Shown in pieces: positions 1-12,486 of a DNA stretch of 64,000 nucleotides. The DNA comes from Octopus bimaculoides (lineage: Eukaryota): positions 24,530,030 to 24,594,029 of the forward strand of contig NC_068983.1 of assembly GCF_001194135.2 (NCBI RefSeq), read 5' to 3'. A model generated the notes under the pieces. That model had not been told where the DNA came from. It saw only the letters and a program-made list of their open reading frames with translations, and did not search any database. Numbering within the stretch: the stretch's first letter is position 1; the number at the start of each line of letters is the position of its first letter. Position numbers and translations under genes: made by a program.

Positions 1-489
1 CTGCTACAATTCTCTCTTCATTGAAGCTGCAAAGTGGAATAAAACTGCTCTCCTGCTGATGACCCAAACTCGCTAATTGTGACCCACCTCGGTGGAAAGG
101 TGAAAAGGTTATAGTGAGACAGATACAGGTGTCTTGCTGTAGAGGAAGTACAAGGTTACCTGGCTGGAGAGAGAAAGATCAGGGATGGAGACAGAAACAG
201 GTGTGCTACCACAAAGAAAATACACAGTTGCCCAACCTGAGGGAAGTGCAGGAGAAGGGGAGAGAGAGAGAGAGTAGGAGACCACAGGATGGAGATGGTG
301 AAAAAATGCTGGGCATACTCACAAGGGACAGGGATCAGAGTATAAATGAGATGGTTGAGTAAAGGAAGAGAGAGATATAGTGGTAAGTGCCAGGGCATAT
401 CCTTGAGGTTCAAATGCCATAATATAAGTTACAGGGTATTGCAAAGGGAGTGTGATTAAAGAGTGCGAGTAAGTGGCAAAGACCAGTTT

Positions 490-546
<57 letters not shown>

Positions 547-549
<3 letters not shown>

Positions 550-1203
550 AGTCTGTGCTTGTCTCCACCACCATCACTTGGCAACCGATGTTGGTGTGTT
601 TACATCCCCGTAACTTAGCAGCTCAGCGTAAGAGACTGATAGAATAAGTACTTGGCTTCCAAAGAATAAGTTCTGGGGCCGATTTCTTCGACTAAAATAA
701 TTCTTTAAGGCATGGTCGCAGTCAAATGACTGAGACAAAAAAAAAGTAAACAAATGAATGTGTGGTAGTGATGTTTTTAGCATGTTGTTTTTTATGTGTG
801 GGCATGACTGTGTGGTGAAAAAGCACATTTTCCATCTATGCAACTAAGTGGTTTTGGGTTCATTCTCACTGCGTAACACTTAGGACAAAAGTCTTATATG
901 ATAGCTCCAGGCTGGGCAATGCATGACCATTTATGAGTAAACTTAGTAAACAGACAGTGTCTGCGTATATCTATGCATATATGAATGTGTGTTTGTGTTT
1001 GGCACCCTCTTCACTGTTTGGCAACCAGCAATGACTTGAATACCACCCTGTAACTTAGTAGCACAGTAAAAAAAGTTTGATAGATTAAGTACCAGGCTTT
1101 AAAAAAAAAAAAACGTATTGGTGTTGATCTGTTCTACTCAACTCTTCAAGGGGTGCTCCAGCATGGACGCAGTCCAATGACTGAAACTGATAAAAGAGAA
1201 AAG
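547..1203 (+). mobile_element. SINE A 3' half (547-752) followed by an older full copy (805-1203)
   Basis: gtaacttag...gatagaataagtact...gcagtcaaatgactga motifs occur twice. Confidence 0.7.
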
Positions 1204-1430
1204 ATATCTTCTGCGGCATTATCCACAGGATTATTATCTTCCTCAACATGTTTTAGAAGTAATCCTCTCAGACAACTTTGACTGTGAACATAGATTCTGG
1301 TTCTAGAATTTCCCATCAGAAGTTGCCATAGACCATCAAAAGAGACAGATGTAATGGAATTACATGAAACAAGCTTTAGAAACAATATCACAGCGAACTG
1401 ATGCAGGAACCATCACGAGGTTGATCAGTT

Positions 1431-1850
1431 TACTCTTTACTCTTTTACTCTTTTACTTGTTGCAGTCATTTGACTGTGGCCATGCTGGAGCACCACCTTT
1501 AATCGAACAAATCGACCCCAGGACTTATTCTTTGGAAGCCTAGTACTTATGCTATCGGTCTCTTTTGCCGAACCACTGGGTTACGGGGACGTAAACACAC
1601 CAGCATCGGTTGTCAAGTGATGCTGGGGAGACAAACACAGACACACAAACATGAGCACACCCATACATATATATATACATATACATATATATGACGGGCT
1701 TCTTTCAGTTTCTGTCTACCAAATCCACTCAGAAGGCTTTGGTCAGCATGAGGCTATAGTAGGAGACACTTACCCAAGGTGCCACATGGTGGGAATGAAC
1801 CTGGAACCATGTGGTTGGTAAGCAAGCTACTTACCACACAGCCACTCCTG
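1431..1850 (-). mobile_element. SINE family A (tRNA head, internal TA/TG tract, AAAAGAGT tail), full length
   Basis: Reverse complement of the consensus seen at 30960, 32128 and 29496. Confidence 0.85.
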
Positions 1851-2476
1851 CTAGGAATCATAGCCAAATCATTCTCAAATTGCACCCTACAGTTTTAAAA
1901 ACAGAAGCAAACATTTCATAAGGTAGTCATAGTTACATTGGACGTAGAAAAAAATGTAGAGTAACAGTGAGATTATCATAAAGGCTAATAACAGGCTCTA
2001 ATCATGTGTCTGCTTGATCAATCTTGACCTGGGGCTAAACTACAACAAAAATTGTTTCATGGCTGTCTGTCTTGCTTTATCCTGCTCTTGCAACATACAT
2101 TTATTTTCCTGGCGCCATAAGTGCTGTTTGCTTCTAAGATTTCTCTTTCATGAACACTCAGTAGTTGTCGTTATCATAATTATAATTGTCTTAGAACTTT
2201 GTTCAAAGCACATATCTGATCCATACATGATGAGATGCATAAAGTGCTAATTCTTTTAACGACAAATTGAATTGTTGGTATTTTTCATAAAAATGAATTT
2301 CTGCACAAACATACACCCTCAGATATATACAAATATACATGTGTGTGTATATCTATACACACATACATAAAAACATGTACACACACACACACACACACAC
2401 ACAAATACATACATACATACACATACACACACATATGCATATATACATTCATACACATGAATCTGTTCACTAGACA

Positions 2477-2516
<40 letters not shown>

Positions 2517-3371
2517 NNNNNNNNNNNNNNNNNNNNNNNNNNNNNNNNNNNNNNNNNNNNNNNNNNNNNNNNNNNNNNNNNNNNNNNNNNNNNNNNNNNN
2601 NNNNNNNNNNCAATCTGATTTGGCAGAGTTTCTACAGCTGGATAACCTTCCTAACGCCAATGACTCCGAGAGTGTAGTGGGTGCTTTTACGTACCAATAC
2701 TGCCTTTAGTTGAACAAACTGAACCCAGAAATTATTCTTTGTAAGCCTAGTACTTATTCAATCTGTCTCTTTTGCCAAACCACTAAGTTATGGGGACGTA
2801 AACACACCAACTTTGGTTGTCAAGCGATGGTGGGGAGACAAACACAGACACACAAACATATATACACACACATGCACACACAAATCTATTTATACTTACA
2901 TATGTATACATACATATATATATGTATACACATACACACACGCATTCATATATATGTATACACATACACACACACATTCATACACATATATAAACACATG
3001 CAAACACACCTACCCACTTATCATCAGTTAATGTCTATTCTTCCATGCTTGCATGAGTAAGACAGAATTTGTTGAGCAGATTTTCTACAGCTGGATGCCG
3101 TTCCTGTTATCAGGAAGGTAATATTCCCCCATGGCTGGACATGTCTTTCATGGATGACAGGAAACAAACAACACTACTTGCACGAAGATGATACTTGTTT
3201 ACATCTATCATGTAACGTCCAGTCAAGAGTACTCACACACAAAATGGCTTCACTAAATTTCTGTCTATGAAACTAACCCATGAGGCTTTGGTTTGCCTAG
3301 GGCTGTACTAGAAGACATTTCAAATACCCCACAATGGAACTGGACTTAACTGTGTTATGTATAAATTTGTA

Positions 3372-3579
3372 TATAGGCGTAGGAGTGGCTGTGTGGTAAG
3401 TAACTATAGGCATAGGAGTAGCTGTGGGGTAAGTAACTTGCTTACGAACCACATAGTTCCAGGTTCAGTCCCACTGCGTGGCACCTTGGGCAAGTGTCTT
3501 CTACTATAACCTCAGGTCAACCAAATCCTTGTAAGTGGATTTGATAGACGGGAACTGAAAGAAGCCCGTCGTATATATG

Positions 3580-3622
<43 letters not shown>

Positions 3623-3833
3623 TTGTGTGTCCGTGTTTGTCCCCCCAACATTGCTTGACAACCGATGCTGGTGTGTTTACGTCCCTGTAACTTAGCAGTT
3701 CAACAAAAGAGACTGATAGAATAAGTACTAGGCTTAAAAAGAATAAGTCCTAGGGTCGATTTGCTCGACTAAAGGCGGTGCTCCAGCATGGCCACAGTCA
3801 AATGACTGAAACAAGTAAAAGAGTAAAAGAGTA
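3372..3833 (+). mobile_element. SINE A, full length, with duplicated 33-bp head
   Basis: A-box-like tggctgtgtggtaag, B-box-like ggttcagtcc, ccttgggcaagt core, (TA)(TG) tract, gagtaaaagagta tail. Confidence 0.85.
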
Positions 3834-5693
3834 TATGCTCATACATGCATACACANNNNNNNNNNNNNNNNNNNNNNNNNNNNNNNNNNNNNNNNNNNNN
3901 NNNNNNNNNNNNNNNNNNNNNNNNNNNNNNNNNNNNNNNNNNNNNNNNNNNNNNNNNNNNNNNNNNNNNNNNNNNNNNNNNNNNNNNNNNNNNNNNNNNN
4001 NNNNNNNNNNNNNNNNNNNNNNNNNNNNNNNNNNNNNNNNNNNNNNNNNNNNNNNNNNNNNNNNNNNNNNNNNNNNNNNNNNNNNNNNNNNNNNNNNNNN
4101 NNNNNNNNNNNNNNNNNNNNNNNCTCTGCAGATTAATAATACCGTTATTCAACGTGTGTTAATAATACTGAAGTATAAATTCGTTAATGCTTCCTAATGA
4201 AATTATTTCTTTGAGCAGACTCTTCAAGAACAATCTTGTAGTTTTCTAAGTACTTGTACAAACATAGCTATTAGGTTAAAGTGGTCACTTAACGACTATA
4301 TGGTCCAAGTTTGGTGTATTGGGCTAATCCAAAGTAGGTGCAAACTGTGTGGAACCCCTGCCCAGAGTGTAGTTTTTCTTGGGTGTTAGTCTTAATTTGT
4401 TGCCCAGTTTAACCATTCAACATTCAGGTTACTTTGTCAAATACAATTAGTCATTCATTACCTTGTAACTTTGAGATTTCAATTATTTTACTTTTTGATT
4501 TTTAGAACGACATTTTTGGGTAGGTGTGAGAAGCTGGATCTGGCCAGTTTAAATGGCACTCCATTAGTTACGGTTGATCTGATTACTTTTGTATACTTGC
4601 ACTTTATTCATATTCGAAAAGTTTTCTCCCACATTTTGTTTGATTGTAAAATCTGATCAGATCCTCACTATGACACCATGAACCCTTTGAAATTATATTT
4701 CTTATTTCTTTATTGCCCACAAGGGGCTACACACAGAGGGGACAAACAAGGACAGACAAACGGATTAAGTCGTTTATATTGACCCCAGTGCATAACTGGT
4801 ACCTATTTAATCGACCCCGAAAGGATGAAAGGCAAAGTCGACCTTGGCGGAATTTGAACTCAGAACGTAGCGTCAGACGAAATACCGCTAAGTATTTCGC
4901 CCAGTGTGCTAATATTTCTACCAGCTCACCACCTTTTGAAATTATATTTCTGGTCATGTATACCACTTCAATTATTTTAGCAAGTTTAAAGTGATTTATT
5001 TTGTACTGTAAACCATTTGCCATTTCTCTGGTAGTCTCCCACCTCCCTTGATAGCCCAAGCTTATTTTGTTTAATGGTTAACCCAGTTCTGGAATGTGAG
5101 GATGATACAGTATATCAATACCACAACCTATTAGTCATGACTTCTTTCCACTTCCTTTCTACCCCAAGTCATAGATGCAAACACACAGACACACACACAC
5201 ACACACACACACACACCTGATGGGCTTCTGTCAGTTTCTGCCTACCAAATCCATTCACAAGGCTTCTGTCAGCCTGAGGCTATAGAAGAAAACAATTACC
5301 CAAGGTGCCATGCAGAGGGACTGAACCTGGAACCAAGTGGTTGAGAAGCAAGCTTCTTACCAGACAGCTAAGGAGAGCTGGATAATTTGACCCCAAATGG
5401 CTAGTGGTACTTATCTGATTAACAGCAGAAGAAGGAAAGCAGCTAGAATCTGGTGTTGGATGAAATGCTAACTTAGAACAGGGAGGTTATTGAACTACAA
5501 ATTGTGAAGAATTCAGTCAACATATCAAGTTGCAGTATTGGCATTTTTTATTTTAAAGATTTGCTCTGCAAATAGCAGCTTATACATTTATATGTTTATA
5601 AAACATGATTGTGCAAAAAACTTCTTAAACACATAACCATACATGAATCTATATATGTGTGTGTGTATGTGTGTGTGTATGCATATGTGTGTG

Positions 5694-5769
<76 letters not shown>

Positions 5770-6028
5770 AATAATATATATATATATATGCATATATACA
5801 TATATATAAATACACATGCATTTATGGGTACAGGACGTCACCATCAGTAAACAACATAAAATACGAAAATAAATGAGTTCAGTATGCAAACAACGAGAGA
5901 AGAAAATGGAAAATAGGACAAGTAACAGAAAGAACGACCCTTCATCAGTTGTCGGCCGTCTATCTACTCCTCATTTTGAGAAATATATATATAATATGTA
6001 TGTACATATATGTGTGTGTATGTGTATG

Positions 6029-6066
<38 letters not shown>

Positions 6067-6659
6067 ATATTTGAAGGATTTTTTTTACATAATTCTTGTA
6101 CACACATCTCCATAATAGATATTGGTTTCAAATTTTGGCACAAGGCCAGCAATTTTGGGGGAGAGGGTAAGTTGATTACCCCAGTGCTTAGCTGGTACTT
6201 ATTTTATTGACCTCGAAAGGATGCAAGGCAAGGTTGATCTCTGCTGTATTTGAAGGTAAATGGATGAAACACTGGTAAGCATTTTGTCAAGTGTGCTGAC
6301 AATTCTGCCAGTTTGTTGATTTATTTCCATAATAGATTTCAAAGCAAAGAACAAAATAGAAATTAGCATTTCATTAGCAATTAAGATTTTTATATATATT
6401 GTTTAATCTCACTGTGTGGCAATTTGGGTAAATACCTTCCACTGCAGTTCCTGGTTAGCTTACATCTTGTGAATGAATTTGATAGACAGAAACTGTACAA
6501 ATCCTATTGTGTGTGTGTAAATATCTACATTCTTTGCTGATCTGTATAATGGGTAGCGTCATTTGTTGAATAAATCTTCCTGTAGCTCTGTACTTTCTGA
6601 AACAAGTGGAATGAAAACTCTACTATTTGAAAGCTAGAAAAGCACTCGGAGAGTGCAGA

Positions 6660-6990
6660 CCTTCACCAAACCACAAGAAGCAGCACTACGGCGACAACCA
6701 CCACGACCACCATCACTACCACCATATCACAATCACCACCATGACTATCCAACCACTATGACCACCACCACAACCACCAACATCATCAGCAGCATTGTCA
6801 TTGCTTCCACTTCAACCACATACACACCGCCATCAACGTTATCATGACGGTTACCTTGACAGTCACTTTCACCACCACAACCAGTATAACCACTACATTA
6901 CTACCATCACACAACTAACACTATCATCAACACCACTATTACCACCATCACCTCAGCATCACACATCACACCGCTCCTGTCGCCTCAGAT
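6660..6990. repeat. Cryptic ACC/CAT/CAC trinucleotide low-complexity region
   Basis: Directly visible; similar regions at 8410-8640, 33010-33110 and 37835-37925. Confidence 0.8.
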
Positions 6991-7319
6991 GAATTCTAAA
7001 GATGGGCAATGTGGATGGAATATTTTCCACATCATACAGATGATAAAGAGCTCATAGCAGCAGTGGAGGGAGCAAAGCCTGAGCTTTTTGAGTCGATCCC
7101 CATAGTCAAGTCTTGTCATGTCATCCCCTGCAGACCTCCGCCAAGCAGCTCATTTTAAGATAGATATGCAAGTAAAATTACTCATAGAGAAACGAAAATA
7201 AACTTTGGAAACAGCAATGCTACCATAGGTTATGTGCAAACAATGAACGTGTTTTCAAGGGAGATAATCAAAGAACGTAACGTACTACTTCATGTAAAAT
7301 ATATATAACAACTGAAAAA

Positions 7320-7510
7320 TCCTTCAAGAATCCATAACAATCCCTGGATCACTACCAAATTTTCGTCATCTATTCCTTGTGCCATTATCAACTTTTCCTG
7401 CAAGTTTCATCAAATACTGTTCACAACTTTTTGAGTTATTTTGCACACAGACGGACAGACGGACAAACAAACGCCAATGAAAACATAACCTCCTTCCTTG
7501 GCGGAGGTAA
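7320..7510 (-). mobile_element. Partial HINE/pearl-like element
   Basis: ACGGACAG/ACAA microsatellite followed by hairpin ACCTCC(7488-7493)...GGAGGT(7503-7508). Confidence 0.55.
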
Positions 7511-7669
7511 ATATGTAAGGGTTAATGACAGTAAAGGCATCTACCTATAAAAACAGTGCCTCAGTAATATGTGTATATCTAACCCTGTCAGGTATGGAAA
7601 AACAGATGTAAAGTGAAAAAGACAAATGAATTATATATATATATATATAAAGTTAAATATATCCAGTCA

Positions 7670-7733
7670 TAGAGTGACCAATGGTTTCACATCCATAAAG
7701 CTCTAAGCTTTACAGATGGTTCCTAAGACTCCA
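7670..7733 (-). ncRNA. Degenerate type I hammerhead ribozyme motif
   Basis: Minus strand reads UGGAGU-CUUAGGA-[13-bp stem II with one bulge, loop UUAGA]-GAAA-CCAUUGG-UC/ACUCUA: 6-bp stem I, quasi-palindromic stem III, one core substitution (G5 to U). Confidence 0.7.
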
Positions 7734-7924
7734 ATGGCTGCAAGCATATACCCGTTCTTTGACCAGACATATTTAACTTGATATAAATACATTAATGCTC
7801 TATCTTTTAGAGTGTGCTTCTTCTTTTGGACATATAATCCACTGATGATGTATATAAATATATATGTGTGTGTGTGTTTATAATTCTTTAGCTGTTAAGT
7901 GATGTTTATTGTATTATTGCTTGC

Positions 7925-8410
7925 AGTTTTTGTTGTTTAACCCCAGGCTGATTCTCGGAGAACAGACCTATGATCAAAGACATTCCAGTTACCCATTCCT
8001 TTGTCAATCATTCTTTTCTAAAACTCTAAAACGGTTTTTTTTATTTTACATTATCCAGTGTGACTTTTTCATTTTAAGACAGTGGTTAATGTGATTTGAG
8101 GATAACTTGACTGCCATTTCTAACACATTGAGCATTAACGTAGTAGCTCTCTTTTTGACTGGCGTGACTACAGTTGCTGGTGACATTGTTTAACCCTGGG
8201 CTAGCTCTTATCAAGTAGTCCTATGCTCAAAGATACTCCTTGTTTCTTTTTTCTTTCTTTTTTTTATCAACAACAGTTTATCTAAGTTCACATCCAATGT
8301 ATCCTTTCCTCTTGTTAATATAATTATATAATTATGATGTGTGATTTGCAGATGATTTTGGCTGTTATTTCTAGCTCATTGAGTGATTATATAGACGCTA
8401 CCTTATTGGA
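7925..8410 (+). repeat. Two adjacent copies of a dispersed repeat (family G; also 39600-39790, and reverse at 1850-1905 and within 38053-38325)
   Basis: ttgtttaaccc..ggct...cctatg.tcaaaga and gtgatttg...gctg.tatttct motifs recur at about 260 bp spacing. Confidence 0.5.
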
Positions 8411-9225
8411 TCATGCTGTCATAGTAATTGCTGTAGCTGCTGTAGTTGAGGCTATCATGGCTGTAGTCATTATTTCATCATTACTGTTGTAATTGTTATT
8501 TTATTGTCACTGGTGTTGCTGTAGCAGTTGTTGTTGTTGCTGTAGCAGTTGTTGTTGTTGTTGTTGTTGTCAATAATGTTTCTGTAATTGTTGTTTTATT
8601 GTCACTTCAGCTCCTGCTGTCATTATCATTATTTTTGTCCGTTTTAGTGCTCTACGTGTTGCAGAATCAGACACCGAAGCAGTAAATTTGCATCACTCAG
8701 TATTATTATTTAGTAGTTCTCTCTGTCTCTCTCTCTCTCTCACACAAACATACATACATACATACATACATACATACATAAACACACCCACACACTCTCT
8801 CATTTTTTTTTGTTTTTAATGTAAGGTTCAAAAAGGTTTACTGATGCTAAATTAAAAAATTAATTCCTAGCTTATCAGTCGATACTATACAGTGTTTTCA
8901 GATGAGTCATTTGATATGAAGCTAGGTTGTTTGCATCTTATCTTCTGCTTGCCAGACTGTATCCTTTGTGACTTGAAATAACAACATCAACAATAACAAC
9001 TAAAAGTAGTAAGTAATATTGTGGACTTGATGCTATCCACTAGTAATAATAAATATTTATTGATCTGGAGTTGAGAATATTAGCAATCCAATAAAGTAGA
9101 ACTTTCATTGAAACTGTCTAATCTGGAGTTTGGATGTTCAAAGCTGACTGACGAGATGACCAAAATCCAAAAGAAGTTGATCAGATATTGCAGCTCAGTG
9201 TTTTATAGAAAATATATTTTGAATA

Positions 9226-9647
9226 GGCATAGATGGGTAGTTAAGAAGCTTGTTTTGAAACCACATGACTTCAGGTTCAGTCCCACTGCATGACACATTG
9301 AGCAAAGGTCTTCTTACCAGAGCCTTGGGCCAACCAGTGCCTTGGGCCAACCAGTGCCATGGGCCAACCAGTACCTTGGGCCAACCAGTGCCTTTTGAAT
9401 GAATTTGGTCGATGGATACTATGTGGAATCCTGTTGTATATATGCGTTTGCATATTTGTGTAAGCCTTTGTGTTTGTATTTGACTCCCTACCACTTGACA
9501 ACCTGTGCTGGTTTGTTTAGTAGCAGCACAGCAATGAAATAAGTATCAGACTTACAAGTACTGGTGTTGATTTGTTCAAAACTCTGCAAAGTAGCCCCAG
9601 TATGGCTGCAGTCCAGTGATTGAAACTAGTAAAAGATAAAGATAAGA
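9226..9647 (+). mobile_element. Old SINE A copy with internal 17-bp tandem expansion
   Basis: Head, core and tail recognisable; (GCCTTGGGCCAACCAGT)x4 at 9322-9389. Confidence 0.7.
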
Positions 9648-10181
9648 TGTTCAGGAAGTTGAGAGAGTACTGATGGCTGAGTGGATAGGTCACTAGACAA
9701 CCAATTGAGACATCAGCAGTGCTTTCGATACTGACCCAGGACAGTGAATTGGAAGATTTGTTGAAGGCAGTAGCAGAGCTGGCAAGAAACCTTGCTATGT
9801 TTGTTCCTGTTCTTTGTGTTCTGACAGCAACAGCTGCCATGGTATGGTGACAAACTGCATCAGACCACATCAGCAGCTTTTCCCTTGGATGAACATTGGT
9901 GACACAGAGAGAGAAGAGACCTTGTATATGCATAAGTATCTGTTAGTCTTCCTCTTTTTGTCTACAGTGAGAAATTTTCCTCCCTGACAAAATGCAATGA
10001 ATGTTTTTTTTCATGAGCTCAAATATGTCTTGAGTATATTTGAAATGGTAACAAGTTTATATGTGTACACTATACTGCTTAGCACTTCTAATCCATATTT
10101 TATAATGAACAGGCTGGAATATCATAAGAGTTGACTCAGGCCATGTCTAATTTAATAGCACAACCTGGAAGAGATACACAA

Positions 10182-10385
10182 TCAGCTCTGGGGAACCGTA
10201 GTCCATTCAAGCAGAGGGTTATTGTTTTCAGAGACATATCTGGGTGTAGGTGGTTTATCTAGTATTTGTTGTGGGTAATCATCTAGGGATCGTTTGAATG
10301 CCGTGAAGTCACTTCCCTCCTTTATGTGTGTCTGGCATGATGTTGAAGAGAGCAAGGCCAATTGAAGTGAAATAGTTCTGTCATG
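10182..10385 (-). mobile_element. CR1/L2-group LINE ORF2 C-terminal relic
   Basis: QNYFTSIGLALFNIMP, frameshift, IKEGSDFTAFKRSLDDYPQQILDKPPTPRYVSENNNPLLEW*: the GP.LFN.LP...FK..LD..L...PD.P motif series. Confidence 0.65.
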
Positions 10386-12133
10386 GTGTTGTGCCTCCCT
10401 TTACAGTGATAGACGGTGGTGGTGGGGGTGCTTTGAACTATCTTGGTTTGTTTACACCTATCTGTCTACAGTGAGAATTTTTATCTGTGACAAAATGCAG
10501 TGAATGGATTTCTTGTAGGTTTAAATACACCTCCAGCATATTTAAACTGGTTACATTTATAAAAAGATTTTGTCCAGGCCTACACATACATTTCTAGATG
10601 CATGGTTGGCATTGACCAGTAGAGACCCTACAAAACTGCATTTCTGTCTGTTACAAAGACATCTACCCATTAGATACCCTAAATCATTCAACAGTTTCTG
10701 CTGGAAGCAAGTTCTGCATGGCTGGAATTACTAAGCTGCTCTGTTAAATTTGGTGAATGGCTTGTTAATTTGCAGTGCTGTGTTCAGTACGTCCTGCAGA
10801 GCTCCGAAGAAGCCACTTCAGTACTCTAGAGTTACTTAATAATCTTAGCTTGTGTTGATCTTGGATTTCGAAACCAGTTATAATTATAGGCTGCACATGA
10901 AAGTTGGATCTCATGTTAATTATTATACAGATTGTGTACTCTCTACCAAAGAGATAATTTAAAAAAAAAAAAATATTTTTACTACAAAATATTATCAATA
11001 TGTTCAAGATGAACTTTTACTGGTTAAATATATTCCTTCCAAAATAAAAGCTGGGTTGGCAATTAATGAACATTCTCATCCTCTGATTTTTTTTTCCCCT
11101 GCCATATAATAATAAAAGTCTTTACTGTTGCTATTTAGTCATTAATGACTTCAGTTTTCAATTAATTCAGCTGTAATGAATCTACATTTTTTTGTTTGAT
11201 CTTTTATTTTGGATGTGGTAGTAATTGTTAGTTAAAAAAAAAATGGGATGAGAGAAAGCAATGTGAATACATCAATCATAGTTTGCTTTCACAGAATTAT
11301 TTGAATCACACACTACAAGTTAACCAAATACCTTGCCTCAGTAAGCTGTGTATTTCTTTATGCTAGGTGGAGTGAATCCACAAGAATAAGATGTCTTTGC
11401 CATAGATATAGCATATAGTAATGATTATGAAATATGAAGAGTTGTCTCAACACACTATCGATCTAGTTAGTCAGATATGTGTCTCAAATTTAATTTTAAT
11501 GTCACGTGAAGATTGAGATGTCACAGTTTAGCGTAACATAATGACAATTTTCTTTAACTTGATTAAAGATAACTGTTGAAACATTCAATTGACTGCTTTT
11601 GGAACCATAATAAATGGATCTTTTAATTACTCACTTGTTAGTATGAATAATGGAAATAAGATTTCGATTAAGAACTTCTCTTTTCTCTCTGACAGCGTTA
11701 ATGTTCATTAAATTTAAAACCTTGTTAAATCTTATCTCTTCACCATTTAATATTATTGGAGCATCACTAAAGTGTTCTTTGTAGTGTCATTGTAACTGTG
11801 GGCATTAATTTTTCATCACCCCGAAATGTTCTTTTTATTCCCATTCAAATACTGTCGATTTCTTTTGTTAATACACACATGTAGTCGAAGCCGAGTTATT
11901 AACCTCAGCGTATTACTGGGATGAAGTGTAAAGTTTGTTCCATTGAGATTTGACCTTAGAATGCAGGCATGGGTAAAGTTGTATGGTTATGATATTTGCT
12001 TCTCAAGCACATGGTTTCAGGTTCAATCTCATTGTGTAGCACTTCGTGTAAGTGTCCATTACTTTAGTCTCAGGTTGGCTGATACCTTGTGAAGAAATTT
12101 GATTGGTGAAAACTAAAATGGAAGCCTGTTTTA

Positions 12134-12486
12134 TGTGTGTGTGTATGTGTGTGTGTGTGTGTGTGTGTGTATACATGTCAGTATGAATGCTTATAATCTG
12201 TGTGTGTGTGTGTATGTGTGTGTATACATGCCAGTATGAATGCTTATAATCTGTGTGTGTGTGTGTGCATGTCAGTATGAATGCTTATAATCTCTGTGTA
12301 TGTATGTGTGTGTGTGTGTATACATGTCAGTATGAATGCTTATAATCTGTGTGTGTGTGTATGTGTGTGTGTGTATACATGTCAGTATGAATGCTTATAA
12401 TCTTTGTGTGTGTGTGTGTGTGTGTTTATGTGTGTGTGTGTGTGTGTGTGTGTGTATACATGTCAGTATGAATGCTTATAATCTGT
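12134..12486. repeat. Compound minisatellite: six copies of catgtcagtatgaatgcttataatct separated by variable (TG)n
   Basis: Directly visible. Confidence 0.9.

Noticed and set aside
7010-7160. Mariner-like HTDDKELIAAVE peptide
   Set aside because: Too short, and the flanking translation does not continue the transposase pattern.
9690-9860. Open frame QPIETSAVLSILTQDSELEDLLKAVAELARNLAMF
   Set aside because: No acceptor tract and no recognisable domain; it lies among repeat relics.
12134-12486. CRISPR-like repeat-spacer array
   Set aside because: Spacers are just (TG)n of variable length, the context is eukaryotic and there are no cas genes.
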